Position numbers and translations under genes: made by a program. DNA of 43,018 nucleotides. It comes from an uncultured Lentisphaerales bacterium (GTDB lineage Bacteria; Verrucomicrobiota; Lentisphaeria; JABSQK01; UBA12247). The notes below the pieces were generated by a model. That model was given only the letters and a program-made list of their open reading frames with translations. It ran no database searches and had not been told where the DNA came from. The stretch lies in contig CALSSJ010000024.1 in NCBI GenBank assembly GCA_943788985.1, forward strand, positions 1-43,018. The letters are read 5' to 3'. This document shows positions 1 through 9,790 of the stretch, piece after piece; positions within the stretch are counted from its first letter, which is position 1; each line of letters opens with the position of its first letter.

Positions 1-204
1 CTCGAAATCCGCGGCCAGTGTCACCGATTCTTCCTGATGGTCGCGGAGTGCGCTGATTTCTTGCTGCTGTTGCTTTATCGTCTGTTGTTGCTGCTGGACG
101 AGAGCCTCCAAGCGCGCAAGGCGAGCCTGAAAATCTGATTGGTTGGCTTGCCCGAGAATAGAGAAGGCGAGGCCCGTGATAAGATAGGTAAAGAGCTTAC
201 TCAT
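1..204 (-). CDS. 5' part of a secreted protein with a Gln-rich coiled coil, probably an outer-membrane porin N-terminus (runs off the window edge)
   Basis: My translation from ATG at 204 gives MSKLFTYLITGLAFSILGQANQSDFQARLARLEALVQQQQQTIKQQQQEISALRDHQEESVTLAADFE. This is a signal peptide followed by a coiled coil typical of porin N-termini. It is not in the ORF track. Confidence 0.55.
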   Translation of the reverse strand, partial: MSKLFTYLITGLAFSILGQANQSDFQARLARLEALVQQQQQTIKQQQQEISALRDHQEESVTLAADFE

Positions 205-430
205 GATGATTCCGTAGTGTTTGAGTCAGTGAAATTGCAATGCACCGCCGCGAGTGGCCGCTGCTCCGGCTAGATAAATCGTCTTCCTTGCTGTGTGGGC
301 TTGGTAAATCAGGGGGTACTTTGGGCGCATCTTTCGGAATTGCTCAGTAAGCTTCCCGCCCTAAACGCCTTCTTAATAAACGTTCGGTCAGCTAATCGGG
401 CGTGGCGTGTGCCTTTCCTGCCTTGCGTCC

Positions 431-448
431 TTAACACAACATTAACAC
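431..448. promoter_or_regulatory. Direct repeat TTAACAC-N4-TTAACAC, a candidate OmpR/PhoB-family (Pho-box-like) site
   Basis: Exact 7-mer repeat with an 11-bp period (431-437, 442-448) in the divergent intergenic region. Confidence 0.3.
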
Positions 449-548
449 TGCGTGAGACAACCGTGCCCTCACAACCTCCGCGGACCGAGTTCGATTTCGC
501 TGGCGCGGCCACTACGTTCCGGGCTTTTAACATGTTACATCAGCAGGT

Positions 549-2954
549 ATGGGTAGATCATTGAACCTCACCAAGACCATTATGGCGACGATCTTGTTGA
601 TTGTGTCTCCAAGCATCGCTTTCGGATCAAGTCAAAAGCCCAACATCGTCTACATCCTGGCGGATGACCTTGGCTACGGCGATGTGCAGTGCCTAAATCC
701 GGATCGCGGGAAGATTCCGACGCCACACATGGATAAACTCGCAGCCGACGGGATGATTTTCACCGATGCGCACACGAGTTCATCGGTGTGCACGCCGAGT
801 CGCTATGGCCTGCTCACTGGTCGGTATAACTGGCGCACAGGCCTACAACAGGGCGTACTGTGGGGCTACAGCGCCCCTCTGATTGCGCCGGATCGCTTAA
901 CCGTACCGGGCTTTTTGAAGCAGCACGGCTACAACACGGCTATCGTTGGCAAGTGGCATCTCGGCATGATCATGCCAACGACCAACGGGGTGCTCCCAGT
1001 GGGCAGAAAACCGAAGACGCTCAACATTCTCTGGGATGGCAAAATCCAAGAGGGGCCGGTGGATCGGGGCTTTGACTATTTTTATGGCATCTCCGCCTCC
1101 TTGGATATGGCTCCCTATATTTACATCGAGAATGACCGCTTTGACGGTACGATTGCCAAGGGCGACAAAAGCACGACCGCACCGGGGTTCACCCGCGAGA
1201 GCGTGCTCCCAGAGATTGGAAAGAAGTCTGTCGAGTATATCCGCAAGCAGGATAAGTCGCAACCGTTCTTCCTCTACGTGCCGTTCACCTCGCCGCACAC
1301 TCCGATCGTACCGACTGCCGAGTGGCAGGGAAGAAGTGGGATCAACTCATATGCTGATTTCGTGATGCAGACCGACCACGTCGTCGGCCAGATCGTGGCG
1401 GCCATCGATGAGGCTGGTCTTGGAGAGAACACCATCGTGATCGTCACCAGTGATAATGGCTGCTCCAAGGCGGCCAGGATTTCCACCATGGAGGCAAAAG
1501 GGCACTATCCGAGTGCGCATCTGCGCGGCTCCAAGGCAGATCTGTGGGATGGCGGGCACCGGGTCCCGTTTATCATACGCTGGCCGGCTGGCGTGAAAGC
1601 TGGAAGCCAAAGCGGCGCAACAATTTGCCTGACCGATCTGATGGCTACCTGCGCGGACGTAGTCGGCGCGAAGCTGCCTGATACAGCCGGTGAAGACAGC
1701 GTCAGCTTCCTGCCAGCGCTGTCGGGCAAGCCGGTCCCCTCGACCCGCAGCGGAGTCGTTCATCACTCGATCAGCGGTCACTTTGGCTATCGCCAGGGCA
1801 AGTGGAAGCTGTTGCTCGCTTGGGGCTCTGGTGGTTGGACAGCACCGACGGAAAGAGGGGTTCCTGCGGGGAGCCCGATGGCCCAACTCTTTGATATGGA
1901 CGCAGATCCTGGCGAAACGACAAATCTTTTCGCCGCGCAACCGGAAGTAGCGAAGCGCCTCCTTGACCAGCTGACGTCGGATATTCAGCGCGGTCGCAGT
2001 ACGGACGGGGCAGCGGCTAAGAACGACAGCGACGAGATCAATCTCTGGAAGAGCGGGCAGACTGTCTCCCCCGCAAGAGCCGCAGCCAAGAAACCCGCTA
2101 AGAAGAAAGCTGTCAAGAAGCCCCAGACAACCGCAGGGAGAGAAAAGATGACCATTGAGCCAGATCGCGAGCTTGTGTACAAAACCGTCGGCAAGACCCA
2201 GCTAAAGCTGCACGTTTTCGAACCCAAAGGCCTTCAGCCCACCGACAAGCGCCCGGCTGTCGTCTTCTTCTTTGGTGGTGGCTGGAGCGCCGGTACCCCG
2301 AAACAGTTCTATCAGCAGGCCCAAATATTGGCAGATCGGGGTATGGTGGCGTTCTCCGCCGAATACCGCGTCAGGAGTCGGGACAAGACCACGCCTTTCG
2401 AATGTGTCAAAGACGGCAAGTCAGCGATTCGCTGGGTGCGCTCACACGCGGCCGACCTGGGCGTGGACCCAAACCGGATCGTTGCTTCCGGTGGCTCCGC
2501 TGGCGGACATGTGGCCGCCTGCACAGGCGTGATCAGGGACTGTGAGGAAGAAGGACAAGACCTGAGTGTCAGCTCTCTGCCAAACGCAATGATCCTCTTT
2601 AACCCAGTCTTGGATACGACTGAAAAGGGCTATGGCGCGAAGCGATTCAAGCCAGAGCAACAGACCGATCTTTCGCCCTGTCATCAGGTCAGTGCGGGCG
2701 TGGCTCCAACCTTACTTCTCCATGGCACCAAAGATACAACGGTCCCATTCGAAAACGCTGAACGTTTCGCGCAACGCATGAAAGAGGCGGGAAACGAATG
2801 CGTGCTGGTCCCCTTCGCGGATAGGGGCCACGGCTTTTTCAACGGCACTTTCTTTCGCCCCAAAAGTGATGGCACCGACTTTGATCAGTGCATGGAAGCC
2901 AGTATCGAATTTCTCACAAACCACGGCAATCTGGACACGAGCGGCGGCAAATAA
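549..2954 (+). CDS. Secreted S1 sulfatase fused to a C-terminal alpha/beta-hydrolase (carbohydrate esterase-like)
   Basis: Signal peptide (true start may be TTG 561 or ATG 582), NIVYILADDLG, CTPSR formylglycine motif, GKWHLG and SDNG. A Lys/Ala-rich linker leads to FFGGGW, GGSAGG (nucleophile Ser), HGTKDTTVP and GHGF. Confidence 0.92.
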   Translation: MGRSLNLTKTIMATILLIVSPSIAFGSSQKPNIVYILADDLGYGDVQCLNPDRGKIPTPHMDKLAADGMIFTDAHTSSSVCTPSRYGLLTGRYNWRTGLQQGVLWGYSAPLIAPDRLTVPGFLKQHGYNTAIVGKWHLGMIMPTTNGVLPVGRKPKTLNILWDGKIQEGPVDRGFDYFYGISASLDMAPYIYIENDRFDGTIAKGDKSTTAPGFTRESVLPEIGKKSVEYIRKQDKSQPFFLYVPFTSPHTPIVPTAEWQGRSGINSYADFVMQTDHVVGQIVAAIDEAGLGENTIVIVTSDNGCSKAARISTMEAKGHYPSAHLRGSKADLWDGGHRVPFIIRWPAGVKAGSQSGATICLTDLMATCADVVGAKLPDTAGEDSVSFLPALSGKPVPSTRSGVVHHSISGHFGYRQGKWKLLLAWGSGGWTAPTERGVPAGSPMAQLFDMDADPGETTNLFAAQPEVAKRLLDQLTSDIQRGRSTDGAAAKNDSDEINLWKSGQTVSPARAAAKKPAKKKAVKKPQTTAGREKMTIEPDRELVYKTVGKTQLKLHVFEPKGLQPTDKRPAVVFFFGGGWSAGTPKQFYQQAQILADRGMVAFSAEYRVRSRDKTTPFECVKDGKSAIRWVRSHAADLGVDPNRIVASGGSAGGHVAACTGVIRDCEEEGQDLSVSSLPNAMILFNPVLDTTEKGYGAKRFKPEQQTDLSPCHQVSAGVAPTLLLHGTKDTTVPFENAERFAQRMKEAGNECVLVPFADRGHGFFNGTFFRPKSDGTDFDQCMEASIEFLTNHGNLDTSGGK

Positions 2955-2977
2955 GAGCGATAAATGCTCGACATAAC

Positions 2978-4507
2978 GTGCCACTTCTTTACGGATTCAT
3001 CCTCCTGGCGCTTATCCCTAGGGCTGTGATGGCAGACCTTCAGACCGGTTCACTGTTTACCGACCACATGGTGTTGCAGCGCGATCTGCCGGTGCCCGTC
3101 TGGGGAAGGGCCACGCCGGCAGCAATCGTTACGGTAGAATTCGCCGACCAGAAAAAGACGGCGGCCGTCGCTGCAGATGGCAAATGGATGGCTACGCTGG
3201 AGGCGATGCCCGCGTCCGTCGAACCGAGGACGATGACCATTTCGTCCAGCGCCGCCGATCTGGCGATCGCGTGCACAGACATTGTCGTAGGCGAGGTCTG
3301 GATTTGCTCTGGCCAATCCAACATGCAGCTCGGCGTGAAGGCCGTGCCGGAGGTAAAAGCGCTCATTCCGCGGGCCAAGAACATCCGCACGTTCGCAGTG
3401 AAGCGCAGCGTGGCGTTCACCGAGCAGGACAACTGCGACGGCACTTGGGTGGAGCGCCATCCCGATAGCGCCGTTGCGTGCGGCTTTGCTCAGTCTCTGC
3501 AGGTCGCTGCCGATGTGCCCGTGGGGATCATTCTCTCATGTTGGGGCAGTACCTCGATCGAGGCATGGATGCCGCGCGACATGACCGAAACCGTCCCGCA
3601 TTTCAAGATCATGATGGACGAGTTCGATGCCAATACGGAGGCGCGCAGGAAGATCAGCGCAGCGTTGTCCGGACCAAGGCCGTGGAGCCGAGGCGAGGAC
3701 GTCTTCATGCGCCGCCAGTCGAACATCGTCTACAATGCGATGATGCACCCGCTCGCACCCTATGCCTGTCGAGGCCTGGTCTGGTACCAAGGCGAGCGCA
3801 ACACCCAATCGATGTTCGGCATGATCAAGAGCCCATGGTGGGCCCGGAATTCAGGCATGCTGCGCTACGGTGAGGTGCTACAGAAGTGGATGCAGCGTTA
3901 CCGTCAGGCATGGAACCGCGAGGATTTTCACTTTCTCGTCGTCATGCTTCCCGGCTACGGCGGACTGGCCAAGACATCGCCCAAGGCACTGGCGGGGAGC
4001 CCTGCCGCTCATTCCTGGGCCTGGATGCGTGAGGCACAACTGAAGGCTCTAGATCTTGCGCACGCTGGCGTGGCGAACAGTATCGACTTGGGAGACGTCA
4101 AGAATGTCCATCCCCGGGACAAACTGCCCATAGGCCAACGCTTAGCGCTGCTGGCGGCCCGAGACACCCTCGGTCAGCAGATCGAAGCCCAAGGGCCAAT
4201 CTTGAGAAATATAGAGCCCCGCGGCCAGGCATTAGTCGTTCATTTCGACCACGCCGCAGTCCTGAAGACCACCGACAGCAAGGCCCCCAGCGCCTTCTGG
4301 CTGGCGGACGACGCGAGACAGTGGGTCCAAGCCAATGCGAAGATCGAGGGGAACTCAGTGGTCCTACAAGCGCCTGATTTATCAAAGCCGCTTTACGTCC
4401 GCTACGCCTTTGTCGGCAAGCCAGCCGTCAATCTAGTCAATGCCGCTAATCTGCCAGCATATCCATTTAGAACCGACCACTTTGAGCCTCAACAAACCAA
4501 GAAATGA
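2978..4507 (+). CDS. Sialate O-acetylesterase (SASA/SGNH) family protein
   Basis: LFTDHMVLQR, GEVWICSGQSNM, WYQGE, DVKNVHP and VRYAF...PAYPFRTD. Start moved to GTG 2978, ahead of the signal peptide. Confidence 0.9.
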   Translation: MPLLYGFILLALIPRAVMADLQTGSLFTDHMVLQRDLPVPVWGRATPAAIVTVEFADQKKTAAVAADGKWMATLEAMPASVEPRTMTISSSAADLAIACTDIVVGEVWICSGQSNMQLGVKAVPEVKALIPRAKNIRTFAVKRSVAFTEQDNCDGTWVERHPDSAVACGFAQSLQVAADVPVGIILSCWGSTSIEAWMPRDMTETVPHFKIMMDEFDANTEARRKISAALSGPRPWSRGEDVFMRRQSNIVYNAMMHPLAPYACRGLVWYQGERNTQSMFGMIKSPWWARNSGMLRYGEVLQKWMQRYRQAWNREDFHFLVVMLPGYGGLAKTSPKALAGSPAAHSWAWMREAQLKALDLAHAGVANSIDLGDVKNVHPRDKLPIGQRLALLAARDTLGQQIEAQGPILRNIEPRGQALVVHFDHAAVLKTTDSKAPSAFWLADDARQWVQANAKIEGNSVVLQAPDLSKPLYVRYAFVGKPAVNLVNAANLPAYPFRTDHFEPQQTKK

Positions 4508-5622
4508 TGAAGAACAGCGGAATACTTACCGGGCTCATCCTTGGCGTGCTATTTCCGGGCGCGCTTTACGCGGCCTCCCCCGTGGCAGGTCATGCCAAGG
4601 GTGGCATCGTCGTCGCGCTAGATTTCAGCGAGGGACCATTGCTCGTGGAGTTGGCTACCAAGAAGATGGTCATCCATGGGCTTGTCGCCACGGATGCGGA
4701 GCTGGACAAGACCCGAAGTTTCGTAAAACAGAAGGGGCTCTACGGTAGAGTTTCCTGTGACCGCTACAACGGCTCAGACTTACCGTATATCGACAATCTG
4801 ATAAACGTCCTGCTCTGCAAAAGCACAGCTACGGTCCCCCCAAGGCGAATGAATGCGGGTGCTGGCCGCAGCACCCTCCTGGATGGCGGCATTGCGGTGT
4901 TCGGCCTGGATCCATTCACAGGCGAGATGCTCCACAGAAAGATGATGCAAGGTCCCTATGTCGATCCAACCCGCAACTTTCCGCTCGCGGCGTCCAGTGG
5001 CACCTTCCAGCTGGAAGGCTTTAAGTCCGGTATCTTCTCAATCGCGGACAGCAAGCTCTTCATCCGGAACCAAGCATTCATGCCAGACCTGACGCCAGTC
5101 AAGCCCCAGGCGGTGAGGACGATCCATCTGATGGCGTCTGCTGGTTTCCTTAATGATTCGCCACAGCACCGTACCTATCGGACAGTCGATCAAGATCTCC
5201 GCTATGGCGGGGCAAGACGCGGTCGAACCCTGAAACCAACAGAAATCTATTCGATCTTTTCCGGAGACTTGGTGAACAGGAAGCCGACGGGCAACAAGAA
5301 TGCGATTCCGAGCGTTGGTAAATGGGCAAAGCGCTGGAACGTCCCCACGCCTTTTGCAGGACATGCAATCGCCCGCTCTAGCAACACGCTGTTGGCCGCC
5401 GGAGTTCCCATGCTCAAAGACTATTACGCAGAAGACACGAATGCCTCCTACGCTGGCAAGAGAGGTGGGCTCGCCTGGCTGCTTGATGCCGAGAGCGGCG
5501 AGAAGTTGCAGGAAATCAAACTTGATGCTGCGCCGACCTGGGATGGTATTGAGATCGCGCGTAACAACTACTTCATCTGTCTAAAGGACGGTTCGGTCCT
5601 CTGCTATGCCGGCACGGAATAA
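4504..5622 (+). CDS. PQQ-binding-like beta-propeller / methyltransferase-like fusion family protein, internally deleted (possible pseudogene)
   Basis: The N-terminal GGIVV...GLYGRVS...LPYIDNLIN segment is joined directly to the C-terminal AGRSTLLDGG...LDPFTGE and LDAAPTWDG...DGSVLC segments. The central part normally present in this family is missing. Confidence 0.65.
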   Translation: MMKNSGILTGLILGVLFPGALYAASPVAGHAKGGIVVALDFSEGPLLVELATKKMVIHGLVATDAELDKTRSFVKQKGLYGRVSCDRYNGSDLPYIDNLINVLLCKSTATVPPRRMNAGAGRSTLLDGGIAVFGLDPFTGEMLHRKMMQGPYVDPTRNFPLAASSGTFQLEGFKSGIFSIADSKLFIRNQAFMPDLTPVKPQAVRTIHLMASAGFLNDSPQHRTYRTVDQDLRYGGARRGRTLKPTEIYSIFSGDLVNRKPTGNKNAIPSVGKWAKRWNVPTPFAGHAIARSSNTLLAAGVPMLKDYYAEDTNASYAGKRGGLAWLLDAESGEKLQEIKLDAAPTWDGIEIARNNYFICLKDGSVLCYAGTE

Positions 5623-5629
5623 ACGAGAG

Positions 5630-7786
5630 ATGAAAATTGCCTTCCTTTCCGTGTGGCTTCTCATGGTGAGTTTCGCCCTGGCAGACACCACAGCTACGGC
5701 GGACTTCTACGTATCCGTTGCTGGCTCCGATGACTGGTCTGGGACCTTGGCGCAGCCCAACGTCCAGCGCAGCGACGGCCCGTTCGCCACGCTACGCCAT
5801 GCCCGCGACGCGGTTCGAGAACTGAAGAAGGGCAAAGCTACGGACATCCTGGTTCTGATTCGCGAGGGGACCTACCTATTTACGGAAACCGTGGTGTTTC
5901 GTCTGGAGGATTCGGGCGCAGGCGACGCCACCATCACCTATGCCGCCTACCCCGGAGAGCAGCCCGTCTTCAGTTCCGGGCGTGAGATCACCGGTTGGCA
6001 GAAAGCGGGAAAGCTTCCTCGGCTGCCGACGAAGTCAGACGGAAAGGTCTTCGTGGCGGATGTCTCTGGACGATTCTACACCCTCTTTGATCGTGCAGGA
6101 ATGCTGCCCCGCGCACGGTCGGCCGGCTTTATTCCGCTTGAGGGCGGGAGTCGCGACACACTTCATTTCCCCCGAGGAAAGCTCAAGGATTGGCCTAATC
6201 TGGAAGATGTGGATATCGTCATCCGTCCGCATCACGCCTGGATCGTAAATATCTTGCCGTTGGCATCGGTTGACGAGGACTCGCAGATTGCCCGTACCAT
6301 TGTCGACGCAACCTATGCGATAAAGCCTCTCCATTTTTTGCAAGAGACTGCCTCCTGCTGGGTCGAGAACGTGCTGGAGGAACTCGACGAGCCCGGCGAA
6401 TGGGTTTTAAACACCAAGGAAAGCAAGCTCTACCTGTGGCCACGGGCCCAATCTCCCGTCTTAGCCCCCCACCTGCGAGAGCTGATTCGGGTCGAGGGTC
6501 AGATCGATAAAGCAGGGCCCGTTGACATCCCCGTGCGTAACCTCCACTTCCGGGGACTTACCTTCATGCATGGCGATCGCTATCTACTGGCTGAAGACGA
6601 TGCCGGCCTACAGCATGACTGGGAAATGCATGACCAAGACCACGCGCTCCTGCGCCTGCGCGGCAGTGAGAACTGCGTGATCGAGAACTGCCGTTTTGCC
6701 CACAGCGGCGGCGGGGCGATACGGTTGGATCTGCATAGCGTGGAGAACACGGTCTCCAGCAACCACATCGAGCACATCGGCGGAACCGGGATTCTCCTGT
6801 GCGGCTATGGCCCCGGCACCAAGGATGCAAACCACCACAATCTCGTATATAACAACCACATTCATCACGTCGGCGAGGTCTATTGGCACTCCCCTGGCAT
6901 CATGGTGTGGCAGAGTGGGGAGAACCGCATTATGAATAATCTGATCCATCACACGCCTTACACGGGACTCATCATTTCGGGCTGTATGTCTGCATTTTTT
7001 CAACGGATGGGTAATGGCCGAGAGCTAGCGCGCACAATCCGTTGGCAGGAGGTGGTGCGCACGCCAGGCGAGAAGACCTTGGCGCAGATTCGTCCTTTTC
7101 TGCACACCCGTAACAATCTCATCGAATACAACGAGATTCACCATGCCATGGAGAGACTAGGCGATGGCAATGCGATCTACATTCGCGGCGCAGGGCCAGG
7201 AAATGTGATTCAGCGCAACTATGTGCATCATCTGGTCGCGCCCATGATCATGCAGTGTGCGATTCGCACAGATGGTGGCCAAACCGATACCGTCATCGCT
7301 GGCAATCTTATCTATAAGTGCACGTCGCAAGGAATCATGTTAAAACTAAACAACCGCTGTGAAAACAACATCGTGGCTGACATCATCGCCCCACCTCGCG
7401 GCTACTACCTGGCGTTACGCGAAGGCCCCATGACAGGCGCCACCGTCAAGCGAAACATTTTCTACTCGACTTCGAGCACCTGCACCTTCGTTCACGAGTT
7501 GGCTCCTGGAAAAGGTCAAAAGAACGAAGATCGCCGAGGTAGAAAGATCGCACGGCTTAAGCAGGTTGATTCAGACAGGAATATTTATTTTTGCGCAGCC
7601 GATCGTAGGCGATCGAGAGCTACACTGGCCAGGCAGCAAAAACTCGGTGTGGACGCCCACAGCCTGGCAGTGGATCCAATGTTTATCGATCCCAAAAACG
7701 GCGATTTCAGGTTCAAGTCGGGGTCCCCCGCGTTGAAACTGGGCATCCTCCCATTCGACCTGTCGAAGGTCGGGTTAAGAGAATGA
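5630..7786 (+). CDS. Secreted right-handed parallel beta-helix protein, GH141-like
   Basis: Signal peptide from ATG 5630, FYVSVAGSDDWSG...DGPFATL..ARDAVR, YAAYPGE, LDEPGEW, repeated N-x-I-x-x-N-x-I-HH coils and a C-terminal DPMFIDP..GDFR. Confidence 0.85.
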   Translation: MKIAFLSVWLLMVSFALADTTATADFYVSVAGSDDWSGTLAQPNVQRSDGPFATLRHARDAVRELKKGKATDILVLIREGTYLFTETVVFRLEDSGAGDATITYAAYPGEQPVFSSGREITGWQKAGKLPRLPTKSDGKVFVADVSGRFYTLFDRAGMLPRARSAGFIPLEGGSRDTLHFPRGKLKDWPNLEDVDIVIRPHHAWIVNILPLASVDEDSQIARTIVDATYAIKPLHFLQETASCWVENVLEELDEPGEWVLNTKESKLYLWPRAQSPVLAPHLRELIRVEGQIDKAGPVDIPVRNLHFRGLTFMHGDRYLLAEDDAGLQHDWEMHDQDHALLRLRGSENCVIENCRFAHSGGGAIRLDLHSVENTVSSNHIEHIGGTGILLCGYGPGTKDANHHNLVYNNHIHHVGEVYWHSPGIMVWQSGENRIMNNLIHHTPYTGLIISGCMSAFFQRMGNGRELARTIRWQEVVRTPGEKTLAQIRPFLHTRNNLIEYNEIHHAMERLGDGNAIYIRGAGPGNVIQRNYVHHLVAPMIMQCAIRTDGGQTDTVIAGNLIYKCTSQGIMLKLNNRCENNIVADIIAPPRGYYLALREGPMTGATVKRNIFYSTSSTCTFVHELAPGKGQKNEDRRGRKIARLKQVDSDRNIYFCAADRRRSRATLARQQKLGVDAHSLAVDPMFIDPKNGDFRFKSGSPALKLGILPFDLSKVGLRE

Positions 7787-7795
7787 GTGGGACGG

Positions 7796-8440
7796 TCAGA
7801 GCTTGCGGTGAAAAAACACGCCGCTTGGGCCCCAGGAGAAGTTCAATACTTCGCAGGTTTCCCGCTCGAGCCAGGCTCCATCCAGCCGGTGCGAGACAAC
7901 TACAATACGAGCCCCAGGCTGCAACTCCGCTGATTTAGCGCTGAGATCGCGTACGGATTGCCCGCTGAACGTCGTCGCGACCACATAAACAAAGCTGGCG
8001 TCATGCCAAGGCACGTTAAACAGGTCGTTGAGCTCGAAGTGACAGCATAGCCCCTGCTTCTGAGCGATGTTGTTGCTCCGGTCGATAAAGGTCGGAACCA
8101 TATCCACGCCTTCCGCCTGCAGACCAAAAATCTTTGACGCAAACAGGGCAAAGCGTCCGGTGCCCGAGCCCAGTTCAAGCATTCTCGTTTCTGGCGTGGG
8201 CTCAACCAACTCCAGGATTCGACGCATCGCCGGCCAAGGGGTCTCGCCAAACGTGAAATCCACCCTGGAACGCAGGTCCTTTGGCTGCTCGCGCCGAGCG
8301 ATGCGGTGGGCCTTTCCCCAGCCATAAGTCAGCCATAGCGGGCAATCAATGTGCCACAGTCGATGATTTCTGTATAGCCGGCTGTCGCCGATGTCGGGGC
8401 AGAAGATGGGCAAATTCGGGTCCTTGCTGATGCAAGCCAC
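7796..8440 (-). CDS. Class I SAM-dependent methyltransferase
   Basis: FTFGETP, MLELGSGTG (motif I), GVDM, NDLF and FSWG. The start codon is uncertain. Confidence 0.8.
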   Translation of the reverse strand: MACISKDPNLPIFCPDIGDSRLYRNHRLWHIDCPLWLTYGWGKAHRIARREQPKDLRSRVDFTFGETPWPAMRRILELVEPTPETRMLELGSGTGRFALFASKIFGLQAEGVDMVPTFIDRSNNIAQKQGLCCHFELNDLFNVPWHDASFVYVVATTFSGQSVRDLSAKSAELQPGARIVVVSHRLDGAWLERETCEVLNFSWGPSGVFFHRKL

Positions 8441-8774
8441 GAACTTTTAAGCCCGAAAAATCGTGAAAGCGCAAGCCACCAGTGCGGTGGTCTATTGGTA
8501 TTGCTTTCACATTGGATGCAGGTGAGGAGGGTACGGGGCCAGCGGCCGATTACAAGCTGTCACCCGAAATTCGAAGAAATGACGTCAATTCACGGCCTTC
8601 TCTGACCTGCCACCCGCAGCCGTGCCCATTCGGCACGAAGCCAGCCTCGGAACCGCTTCACTGCCGACTGCCTCGGGACCAGATCAACTGCGAAATCCGC
8701 ACGCGCCCCCTCAGAAATCAACGCCCACGGAATCTGCTAGAGGGAGTTTTTTATCCCGTCTGTCTTCAGAATTG

Positions 8775-9609
8775 CTGACAGGGTAACAAGCACCGCCCCA
8801 AACACCGCAATCATGACGGCGAGTAATGTATGTGCGTCAATCACATAGGAGCCAGCTACGCACAAGCACTAGGAAACCACAGAGGCTCTGGCTGCCATCA
8901 TCCCGGAGAGTACCAGCGTGAGCCCAAAGTGGCAGAACGCGTTTTGCGCCCATTTCGAAATGTGGGCAGTGAGATCGTGAGGTCCAGTCTCAACATCAGC
9001 CATGCTCCCAAGAGCAGGTACCCGCAAGTGGAGAACATAAAAAAAAACGGACACAATTCTGACAGCATGGCCTTGCCAAACAGGTCAAAACAGACATCTG
9101 CGCTGATCGTTTCCGTGATGGCAGCTGGCGTGTTCCCAAAACTCGCGGAGCAGAACAAGCCCGAACAGGAGGCCAGACTAGTCAGCGGAAGGAGCCAAAA
9201 TACGCTTCTGAGCTTCTCGGAAGCTCCAGACCGCCCAGCGCCGAACAGAGGAAGGAGACCGGCACCTGCGCAAGAATCAACGAGAAAGGATAAATTGCCC
9301 ACCCACAGAGCATCCCGAACAGCAGGTTGGCAGCGTTCCTGCCAGAAATGCGCAGCAGGTCCAAAGTGCCGGACTCTCGCGCCGCAGTAATCGCTGGCGC
9401 GACCACAGCGACGCGATAAATCAGCACCGCGAGCATGTCGCGTGCAGCGACGTCCCTAAACAGCGTCCCCTCCGGGCGTTCAGACTGGCCGATCCCTCGA
9501 GAGTAAACCCCATCAGGACCAGCAGAATTGTGACCAGCGAGCCAACCGCCACGAACAATGCCGGCCGAAGCAGGGCGCGCCGAAGTTCACGATGCAAGAG
9601 TGGCAGCAC
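8775..9609 (-). pseudogene. Frameshifted ABC-2-type transporter permease
   Basis: Three consecutive - strand frames join up: GTG 9609 (M)LPLLHRELRRALLRP plus a TM segment, then APAITAARESGTLDLLRISG (family motif like I..ERE.GTL.LL..T), then further TM segments. The 3' end is approximate. Confidence 0.6.
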
Positions 9610-9790
9610 GCGACTCCCCTCCCATCGACATGCGCGTTTCAGGGTGCCAACAAGCGGGCAGTCCACGGGCCACAGGCATACCGCGACGAATCCTCGGATT
9701 GGTGCGGATAACTTTTGTCCTTGCTTGGGGGTGGATATTCGCCGTATCACGGAATACATTGCAACCCTACACCGTTCTGGTCCGCACGAG

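Noticed and set aside
205..548. Riboswitch or small ORFs (295-564, 309-533) in the first intergenic region
   Set aside because: I found no recognisable riboswitch consensus, and the ORFs lack an RBS or protein-like features.
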